Source: Alphaproteobacteria bacterium
GTDB taxonomy: Bacteria; Pseudomonadota; Alphaproteobacteria; SP197
DNA: 64,000 nt
Reading direction: 5' to 3'
NCBI GenBank assembly: GCA_964291415.2
Contig: OZ219920.1
Location: forward strand, 480,001 to 544,000
Shown: one piece after another, positions 20,921 to 28,563 of the stretch
How positions within the stretch are numbered: position 1 is the first letter of the stretch
Layout of the letters: the number at the start of each line of letters is the position of its first letter
Position numbers and translations under genes: made by a program
Notes under the pieces: model-generated
What the model was told of the DNA's origin: nothing
The model's input: only the letters and a program-made list of their open reading frames with translations
The model's database searches: none

Positions 20921-21718
20921 ATGGCCCGCATCGTCAATCTGAAGCACGAGCCCGACGCCGTCGCGCGCGGCGCGGTGCGCATCGACCGCCGCACGCGCTG
21001 GGGAAATCCCTATCGGATAGGCCGTGACGGAACGAGGGACGAGGTGATTACGCGCTATCGCGCGCACCTCTGGCGCCAGATCCGCTCGGGCGAAATCGCC
21101 CTCGCGGATCTCGCTTCGCTCGATTCCCGCGACCTGGCGTGTTGGTGCCATCCGAAGCCCTGTCACGGCACGGTGCTCGCCCGCGCGGCGGCCTGGGCCG
21201 CCGGCGAGCTTCGCCGCCGTGTCGCGTCGCCCGAACCGATTCTGTTCTGGTCGCGCTGCCCGGAGTGGGGATGGCTCTCGAACTTCGCCGCCGCCGGCTT
21301 CGCCGGCCCCGGCGGCGAAGTCTGGTCGAGCGTCGAGCACTGGTACCAGGCCGGCAAGGCGGCGGACCCGGCGGCGGTCGAGCGTATCCGCCGCGCGGCG
21401 ACGGCGCGCGAGGCGCAGCGCCTCGGGCGCGCCGTGCGCTGCCGCGCCCGCTGGGACGACGCGAAGCTCGCGCGCATGGCGGAGGGGCTGCTGCTCCGCT
21501 TCGCTCCGCAGCGCCCCGACACCGCGCGGCTGCTCGCCACCGGCGAGCGCGCGCTCCGCCACGCCACGCCCTGGGGCGCGCACGGCGACCCCTTCTGGGG
21601 CATCGGCCGCGACGGGGCCGGCGCCAACCGCCTCGGCCGGATGCTGGACGCCATCCGTGCCGCGCGCCGGGACGGCGCGCCGCTCGATGCCGACGCACTC
21701 GCCGGGCGCGTCCGCTGA
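20921..21718 (+). CDS. DUF4326-NADAR fusion protein
   Basis: N-part IDRRTRWGNPY...DLACWCHPKPCHG (DUF4326); C-part WLSNF, SVEHWYQAGK, DPFWG...GANRLGRML (NADAR); single uninterrupted ORF. Confidence 0.85.
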   Translation: MARIVNLKHEPDAVARGAVRIDRRTRWGNPYRIGRDGTRDEVITRYRAHLWRQIRSGEIALADLASLDSRDLACWCHPKPCHGTVLARAAAWAAGELRRRVASPEPILFWSRCPEWGWLSNFAAAGFAGPGGEVWSSVEHWYQAGKAADPAAVERIRRAATAREAQRLGRAVRCRARWDDAKLARMAEGLLLRFAPQRPDTARLLATGERALRHATPWGAHGDPFWGIGRDGAGANRLGRMLDAIRAARRDGAPLDADALAGRVR

Positions 21719-21799
21719 CGGAGCGCCCCGCTTCCGCTTCGCGGGAGGAAGAGGAGAGCGAAAGGGTGGGCAAGCCCACAAGGAGAGGAGGGAGAGTCC

Positions 21800-22264
21800 A
21801 TGAGCACCGCCGCGAACCCGAGCACCATCCGGATGGCGCCCCGCTACGTTGTCCGCACCGTCGACGAGGACTGGATTGACCTCTTCGATGAACCCTCGCG
21901 CATCGGCGAGAAGCGCCCGGCTTGGGACGAGGCCCAGCGTCGCGTCCGCGAACACCCCGAGCTCAAGACCGTCGTGCTCGATCGCCACACCGGCGCCACG
22001 CTCTGGCAGAGCGACCCGGACATCCCGGCGCGCTACGAGGTTCTCGCGGTCGACGAGACCGTGTTCCACGTCCTCGACACGGACCTCTCCGTCACAAGCG
22101 ACCTGCTCTCCGCGCACAAGGAGAAAGACGACGCCTGGACCGCGTTCTACGCCGCCATCGAGAAGCGCGTGGGCAACGACATCATCGTGCTGCGCGACAC
22201 GATGCAGGGAGACACCGTCCTCGCGACCTCCGACGAGGACCGCTACAGCACCGATGCGCCATGA
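21800..22264 (+). CDS. hypothetical acidic protein, 154 aa, with apparent internal duplication
   Basis: Purine-rich RBS; two similar halves (PRYVVRTVDE...AW...VVLDRHTGATL and ARYEVLAVDE...AW...VLRDTMQGDTV). Confidence 0.72.
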   Translation: MSTAANPSTIRMAPRYVVRTVDEDWIDLFDEPSRIGEKRPAWDEAQRRVREHPELKTVVLDRHTGATLWQSDPDIPARYEVLAVDETVFHVLDTDLSVTSDLLSAHKEKDDAWTAFYAAIEKRVGNDIIVLRDTMQGDTVLATSDEDRYSTDAP

Positions 22265-22326
22265 GGGCGGTGGCTTCCATTCCTCATCGAATGCCCGGTG
22301 GGTGGCGGGGCAGGCAGGGGAAGGTT

Positions 22327-22442
22327 TGGGCGCGTCGCTTCGCGACCGGGCTACCCTGTCGAGCCCGCTGCGCGGTCTCGCCCCTTCGGGCGGGTATCCC
22401 TCGCGCCTCCGCTCCCTGCGGTCGCTGCGCGCTCCGCTTGCC
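22327..22442. repeat. 116-bp structured direct repeat, copy 1
   Basis: Matches 24105-24220 with about 3 substitutions. Confidence 0.92.
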
Positions 22443-22773
22443 AGGAGGAGCAGGAGAGAAAGCTGCCTCCCGCCGTGACTGGGCATTGTCCCACACGTGC
22501 TCAGTGCGCCAACCCCTGCGGGGTCCTCCGCTGACGCTCCGGCCGGGACTCGCAGGGCAACGGCGCTGGCGCGCCTAGTCCCGGCGGCGCGCGCGACCGT
22601 GGCTCGCTCGCTTCGCTCCCTGCGCCCGCACCACTCGCGCACACAGCCGGGCCATGCCCTGCGGCCCCGGTGGCTCCCCTGCGCGCGCGTGAAACATACC
22701 CAGTCACCACGGGGGAGGCCCCGAGGACGAGCCGCAGACGGTTCGAGACACTCACTTCCATCAGGAGAACGTC

Positions 22774-23775
22774 ATGACTGACATCGACCGCACCGACACC
22801 ACGATGGGCCACGCCTTCGCACAGGCCGGCTTCGACTTCGACGCCACCGCCGTCATCGAGACCGGCGACGACGGGCCGCGCGAGGAGTCCCAGACCGCCA
22901 TCGCTTGCGAGCACGCCCAGCTCTTCGGCGCAACGCCCGAGCGCGACGAGTTCGACCCGCGCGAGGTCTGGGACGCCGACGACGCGACCGACGCGGTGGG
23001 CGAAGCCTTCCGCATCCTCGCCGAGGGCGTCGCACCGGACGGCTTCCAGCTCGCCGACGAGCGCGAGAGCCTGCTGTGGGGCTTCGTCAACTGCCTCGAC
23101 GCCCAGGTGCGCCGCCTCGACCGCGCCACCGACCGGCTCCTCCCGGAGATGCGCGACCTCGAACGCGCGCAGGACGGCACCGAGGTGAAGGCCCGCGAGC
23201 TGGAGCTCATCACCGACCGGGCGCGGAACTTCGGCGACCGCCGCGACGCGTTCGAGACCATGCGCGACCTCGCCGCCGACGCCTACCGCACCGAGACCGG
23301 CGACCTCTGGCGCCCGCGGCGCGGCAGCCACGTCAGCCAGACCGGGCACCTCACCTCGGCGGCCATCGACGCCCGCGACTTCCAGCGCGCCCGCAAGGAC
23401 CGCGAGCTCCGGGCGCACCTGCCGCAGGGCACCCTCGTCGCCATCGCGGGCGGGAAGCACGTCGCCGACGTGGGCGCCGTCATCGCCCGCCTCGACAAGG
23501 CCCGCGAGAAGTACGCCGACATGGTGCTGGTGCACGGCGGCGGCCCCGGCGTCGAGCGCATCGCGGCGCAGTGGGCCGAACGGAACGACGTGCACCAGGT
23601 GGTGTGCAAGCCCGACTGGACCGCCCACGGACGCGCCGCTCCCTTCCGCCGCAACGACGAGCTGCTGAACCTGCTGCCGAAGGGCGTCATCGCCTTCCCC
23701 GGTTCGGGCATCACCGACAACCTCGTCGACAAGGCCGTCGCGCTGGGCATCCCGGTGCAGCGCTGCGCCGCCTGA
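22774..23775 (+). CDS. DUF2493 / YspA-like SLOG domain protein
   Basis: AGGAG RBS; LLWGFVN, TGDLWRPRRGS, VAIAGG, LVHGGGPGVERIAAQWA, AAPFRRND, IAFPGSGIT. Confidence 0.85.
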   Translation: MTDIDRTDTTMGHAFAQAGFDFDATAVIETGDDGPREESQTAIACEHAQLFGATPERDEFDPREVWDADDATDAVGEAFRILAEGVAPDGFQLADERESLLWGFVNCLDAQVRRLDRATDRLLPEMRDLERAQDGTEVKARELELITDRARNFGDRRDAFETMRDLAADAYRTETGDLWRPRRGSHVSQTGHLTSAAIDARDFQRARKDRELRAHLPQGTLVAIAGGKHVADVGAVIARLDKAREKYADMVLVHGGGPGVERIAAQWAERNDVHQVVCKPDWTAHGRAAPFRRNDELLNLLPKGVIAFPGSGITDNLVDKAVALGIPVQRCAA

Positions 23776-23790
23776 CCCGCAGCGCCCCCA

Positions 23791-23831
23791 CGGGTCGCGT
23801 CGCTTCCGGGCGGCGCGGCCCGTTTTTCTTT
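23791..23831 (+). terminator. intrinsic terminator after the DUF2493 gene
   Basis: CGGGTCGCGTCGC...GCGGCGCGGCCCG stem followed by TTTTTCTTT. Confidence 0.7.
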
Positions 23832-24104
23832 GGTCGGCCCCGGACAACGCCACCGCCGCGCGGCTCGCCTTCGCGTCGCCCGGCGCCTGCGGCGCCGCGC
23901 TCCGCAGCGGCTCCGCCGCTCTCTCTCCGCACAACGCCCCGCAGACAACGCTGATGCTACCCCTCGCGGTGCCGGTGTCGCTGGCGACAATGTTCGCGCT
24001 GCCGTCGATGGTGACGACGACGATCCTGCCGGCGGTGTTGCCGGTACTGGTGATGCCGCTGGTGCCGAAGATGGTACGCGGTGTGCCGAACGGTCAGGTT
24101 AGTC

Positions 24105-24220
24105 TGGGCGCGTCGCTTCGCGACCGGGCTACCCTGCCGAGCCCGCTGCGCGGTCTCGGCCCTTCGGGCGGGTATCCCTCGCGCCTCCGCTCCCTTCGGT
24201 CGCTGCGCGCTCCGCTTGCC
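24105..24220. repeat. 116-bp structured direct repeat, copy 2
   Basis: Near-identical to 22327-22442. Confidence 0.92.
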
Positions 24221-24597
24221 CGGCGGCTCGCTGCGCTCGCCGCCGTTGCCGGCCCGACACGCCCGGTGCTTCATTCGACCGCACCGTCCACGGCACCGCC
24301 GTGTCCTCCTCGCGATGGCGCTGCGCGCCGCGCTCGTCGCGGCAGTACTCCGTGCGCCGCCGGTGTCGGCTTCGCCGTCCACCGGCTCGCGCACTGCCCG
24401 GTGCAGTCGTGTCCGCACAAGTGCGGACACCACCGCCATCGCCTCCGGCAGCGTGCTGCGCACGACTGCCTGCGGCTCTGTCCGCACCGCCGCCCGCTCA
24501 CGCGCCGCGGCGGCTCCCCTCCGCCGGCTTCGCCGGCGTCGATTCCCCGAACTTCAATGCTGCCGATTTGGCCGTCCCGACCGCCGGGGCGGCCTTG

Positions 24598-24626
24598 GTT
24601 CTCACACCCGACGCATCGTTGATGCA
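24598..24626 (-). other. candidate oriT nic site (MOB_F type); predicted nick between 24604 and 24603 on the - strand
   Basis: The - strand reads GCATC-AAC-GATGC-GTCGGGTGT^GAG. This parallels R388 (GCACC-GAAA-GGTGC-GTATTGTCT^) and F (TGCGTGGGGTGT^GG). Confidence 0.65.
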
Positions 24627-24842
24627 AGGGTTGCCGTGACTGGCCATCGCTGCTGTTGGCTGGCTATGCCGCGCTCGTCGGTGCGCGTGTCGGCGCCTGG
24701 CGTGCCGGATTGACCTGCCACCGATCGGTGCTCCAAACCGAGCCCCGGTTACGTCGCCAAGACCGTCCCATCGCGCCCATGCCGCAGCGAGCACCTTTCG
24801 GTGCCTCGCCGTGTACGGCGAATTCTCTTGAGATTTGCTGCG

Positions 24843-24858
24843 AGCACCTATAGGTGCT
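24843..24858. promoter_or_regulatory. perfect 16-bp palindrome, candidate protein-binding site between nic and the RHH-like gene
   Basis: AGCACCTATAGGTGCT is self-complementary. Confidence 0.5.
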
Positions 24859-25043
24859 AGGCCGGGCGCGGCGTAGAATGACAGTCTCACCTGCGCCCAG
24901 CGTCGCCCAAGCCCGTAACGGCGTTCGTGCCGGCCCCGCGCATGGGCGCTTCCACCGCTCCAATGGAGGTCCGGAGCCCTTGCGATCCGCCCCCAGCCCT
25001 TCCCCGGAGCGCCAACTATTCCATCCGGAGGCAGCACCAAACC

Positions 25044-25358
25044 ATGACCAGTTCGCCCGACGGCTCCCTGCACAAGCACATCCGCGTGTCCCGCGCGCAG
25101 TGGGAGCGCATCGAACGGGCCGCCGAGGGCAGCCCGCATTCCCCCAACCAGGTCCTGGTCGAACTCGCCATGGAGGCCCTCGACCGCCGCGAATGGCCCG
25201 GCACCGACACCGAAATGCGCGTTGCGCGGGCTTCGCTGTTCGCCGCCCAGGCCCTCGCGCGTGGCCTGATCGCGGACGGACGCGAGCAGGAGGTTCAGGA
25301 GATCCGCGACTACATCTCGTCGATCGTGCCCGATCCGGAAGCCGACGAGCCCCGCTAA
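25044..25358 (+). CDS. RHH-like DNA-binding protein, probable relaxosome accessory factor
   Basis: Strand-helix-helix pattern HKHIRVSRAQWERIERAA...PNQVLVELAMEAL; adjacent to the candidate oriT. Confidence 0.6.
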   Translation: MTSSPDGSLHKHIRVSRAQWERIERAAEGSPHSPNQVLVELAMEALDRREWPGTDTEMRVARASLFAAQALARGLIADGREQEVQEIRDYISSIVPDPEADEPR

Positions 25359-25645
25359 GCGGACCGAGCCAAAGAACGGCCGTGTCCGGCGGCCACGGTC
25401 GCGGGTAGCTATTTCGCGCCTACATCATGACTACCGTCACGCGTGCCTTCGCGCCGAAAACGAAACCCGCCTGCTTCGATTGTCGATGTTCGTTGCACGG
25501 GCTGTCGCTAGCGACATCGCAGCCGAAGGCATCAACGAGGTCACGAGCAGATCCGGCACAACTTCTTCGCCGCCAAGCACCCCTCAGTCAGCACTTCAAC
25601 GGGCGCTCTCCCGCGCAACGGGCGCGCCGCCCCGGGGCGATGTCG

Positions 25646-26845
25646 TCACATCAGCTCTCCCAGCACGTGCTCGAGCTCGTCGGGCGCGCTGAGAAAGGCA
25701 AGGAATCCCTTGTCCCACACGGCGCAGGTGCGGTCCTTGGCCAGAATCCAACCGCTCCCGTATGCGTCTCCGCCATAGTGATGGTTCACAAGCATGCGCA
25801 ATCCGTGGAGCATTTCGATGGACTTGCGATCGAACTCGAAAGCCGTGGCGTGCAGAAAACCATCGTCCCAGGAGTCGACAAGTATCAGCGGGGGCCTTGG
25901 CCTCGCGCTCCGTGCGTCGCCCAGCCAGGTATTGAGGTGCAGATCCACGAGACCGCAACCGATCACGTAGATGATGTCGGCTGCCAGCGCGTCGCGAGCC
26001 ATGCTCGCGTAGTAGTGCGAAAACGGCTGCTGCTGCAAGCGCGAGAGTTTTTCAAGACCGGTGACGACCGCGGTACGCGTCACCTCGCTGCCATCCATCC
26101 TCCGCCCTCCCGTCCCCGTAAACGACGCGTGCTTCAGCGCCGCAGCCCGATCGTCGAACCAATAGAGGGCGCCCAGCTCCGCATCCCGCTTCGGCGGGAC
26201 AGGAAAACCCAGATGCACCGAGCCGTGCAGGTGGAAGGCGCAGTCGTCATCGACCGTCTGCCAGAAGGATCGCGCGTCGAAGCGTTTGGGATCCCGGCTC
26301 GCCGCACGCGCGAATCCCGTGTACAGATCGGGCGCCGCCTGCAGAAGGAAGTCGTCGTAGTTGGTGGTATAGATGCGGGCAACATGATCCTGTCGCAATC
26401 CGGCGATGAACCCGGCGAGCGGTCCGAGATTCCTCGCGGGACGGTCGCAGACCGTCGATAGCTCGGCGTAGATGAACTCCGCCATTCGCCCGACCAGCGC
26501 TCGCAATGCCTCCTCATCCGCCGAAAACCGCCGTTCGATGAACGGCACCAGGATCGGCCGGAACTCATCCACGGCGCGCGGGTCCGGCTGGAAGGTGAAC
26601 AGCAGCTCGTGGGCGCAGTGGTAAATGTGCTCGAACGTAACCGCACTAGCGCCGCCTTGGAGATAACCGGCCAGCATCGCGCGGATCTCCCGGTAGGCTC
26701 CATCTCCGCCGCAGCACTTCATCCAGTCGTCGGCCATCACCCTTGCTTCGACAAGCTGCGTCAGCTTCGCGGTGCTGGGCGCTCCGAATTCGAGCGAGGC
26801 GCCCGCCCCCGCGAGAACCAATGCACGCTTCTTCCGCTTCCCCAC
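25646..26845 (-). CDS. SIR2-like (SIR2_2-type) protein, candidate defence NADase
   Basis: LVLAGAGAS, IYTTNYDD, FHLHGSV, IYVIGCGLVDLHLN. Confidence 0.85.
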   Translation of the reverse strand: MGKRKKRALVLAGAGASLEFGAPSTAKLTQLVEARVMADDWMKCCGGDGAYREIRAMLAGYLQGGASAVTFEHIYHCAHELLFTFQPDPRAVDEFRPILVPFIERRFSADEEALRALVGRMAEFIYAELSTVCDRPARNLGPLAGFIAGLRQDHVARIYTTNYDDFLLQAAPDLYTGFARAASRDPKRFDARSFWQTVDDDCAFHLHGSVHLGFPVPPKRDAELGALYWFDDRAAALKHASFTGTGGRRMDGSEVTRTAVVTGLEKLSRLQQQPFSHYYASMARDALAADIIYVIGCGLVDLHLNTWLGDARSARPRPPLILVDSWDDGFLHATAFEFDRKSIEMLHGLRMLVNHHYGGDAYGSGWILAKDRTCAVWDKGFLAFLSAPDELEHVLGELM

Positions 26846-27381
26846 GAACCTTCTCCCGCTAATCCAGTATGGCCGATAGCACCGAATCGCCCGCTACATC
26901 TCGTCGATCATGCCCAATCCCGACACCCGCGGACATGCCGAAACGGGCCGCGCCGCACGGCCCGATGGTCGGTAAGGGAACCCGAATTGAGTTCACGGGT
27001 GCCAACACGGGCGACCAAACGAGTTTCCGGCTCATGGTCTTTGCACCAAAGCGAGCTGCACCATAGACGGTACTGTGAACGACACCCACGACGGATTGGG
27101 TCCGTTCGTTCCGAACGACTGCGAGAGTCTGTCCCATACGTTCGCGGAGGACGGCGGCACGATTGCGGTCACCGAGCGAATCGGGTTTCGTTTCGAGACG
27201 TCGCCAACCTGGAGCTCCAGTCGGCCGTTCCACTGCGAGGGCCACACGGCGCAAAGGTAGCGAAAGGTCGACGGCCGGGCAGCCGTCAGCTCGAACGGCA
27301 GAAAGCCACCGGGCAGAATGCGAACCGCATAGCCTTGACTGCCCGGACCACCGACAGGCGCAGCAACAGAGAGCACCGACA

Positions 27382-28404
27382 GTGAGCCACGAAGACGCAC
27401 CGGAGTTCCTTCCCGCCGAAGGGAGTCTCATCGGCGGGTTCTCCAGGGACAAGCCAGGACGCATTACGGAAGCGCTGCAGGACATGACGCTCGCCGTCAA
27501 CGGGATGGCGATGCAGTTCGGGAAGAGTGGCACCGGACAGGGCGAGGAGTGGGCAACGGCGATGGCCGCTTTCGCTCGGGCCTCTTCGATATTCCTCCGG
27601 AAGACCGTGCTCGGCGACTTCGGCAAGAAACAGACGCGCCTGCTCGACGACGACGTGCTGAACACGCTCGGCCTGCGGTTTCACCGTCTCGTGACGATCC
27701 CGCGCGAGTTGCGGAGACCCATCCGGATCGAGTTCGGGGGTATCAGGGGCGGCGCGTTGTACCTCACGAAGCTGAATGACGAGACAGGGGAACCGGAAGA
27801 GACGTTTGCCGCGCCCATGGGTCCTCAGACATTGGAGATCGTCATCCAATGGCCCCTTCCGGGAGCAATCGGTTGGACCGGGGTGCCCACCGCGCAGCAA
27901 CCCTGGCTGATTGTTCCGGAGATGCTGTTCCGTCTCGACCAGGAGCCCGCGATGGACTGCGACCAATGGCTCGGCCAGCAGGTTGTGCTGTTCGACAAGC
28001 GAGGTATTTCGCTCAGGGAGATCATTCAGACCGTGGTCAACTTTGAAGCTGCGCACGCCGTGAGTACCAGCAGACTCGCGACCTTCGGGGGCGCGGCGCC
28101 GACCGCGGCGGCCCAGAACCCGGCACCGCACATCCTGAATGCGGTCACGTTCTGCGGCATCAGGTTTGCCCATCTCGTCGTGATCGAGTCCGCGATGTAT
28201 CTCTACGATACCCTCCTCGACAACAAGTCTGTCGCGCGTCCGAAAGGCGATCTCTACCGGATGAAGCTGGGCGTCGGGTGGGACAGCGAAGAGAACGGGT
28301 CCGAAACGCCCCGCTGGGCGCGCTTCCAGGGAACCATGATGGTCGCTTTCCACAACGCGCCAATGGTGACACGCCATGAGATCCGGCCGGTCGGAAAGGG
28401 ATAG
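27382..28404 (+). CDS. hypothetical protein, ~340 aa (start uncertain)
   Basis: Long ORF with natural composition in the lower-GC cargo; motif WLGQQVV...SLREIIQTVVNFEAAH. Confidence 0.72.
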   Translation: MSHEDAPEFLPAEGSLIGGFSRDKPGRITEALQDMTLAVNGMAMQFGKSGTGQGEEWATAMAAFARASSIFLRKTVLGDFGKKQTRLLDDDVLNTLGLRFHRLVTIPRELRRPIRIEFGGIRGGALYLTKLNDETGEPEETFAAPMGPQTLEIVIQWPLPGAIGWTGVPTAQQPWLIVPEMLFRLDQEPAMDCDQWLGQQVVLFDKRGISLREIIQTVVNFEAAHAVSTSRLATFGGAAPTAAAQNPAPHILNAVTFCGIRFAHLVVIESAMYLYDTLLDNKSVARPKGDLYRMKLGVGWDSEENGSETPRWARFQGTMMVAFHNAPMVTRHEIRPVGKG

Positions 28405-28563
28405 CGAGACCCATTGGATATAGATTTCCAACGGCAGCGCCGGTGACGATCGCGCTTCCGGCGACCGAGGCGATCGATTCAATTCAATGCGGTGGCCGCC
28501 GTCACCTGGACACTCGACGTTCGTGATCCCGACAAGCAGTCCTCCGGTGAGAGTGCGTCGGCT

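Noticed and set aside
22300-24640. Possible CRISPR array or tRNA/ncRNA in the hairpin-rich region
   Set aside because: No regularly spaced repeat-spacer units, no cas genes, no cloverleaf; the strand bias fits ssDNA structure better. An ncRNA cannot be fully excluded without an Rfam search.
23830-24713. ORFs spanning 23.8-24.7 kb (for example 23954-24622)
   Set aside because: They run through the non-coding repeat, hairpins and candidate nic site; no RBS or recognisable domain.
26859-27400. Short ORFs between the SIR2-like gene and its divergent neighbour
   Set aside because: No RBS or recognisable motif; could be a gene remnant but cannot be supported.
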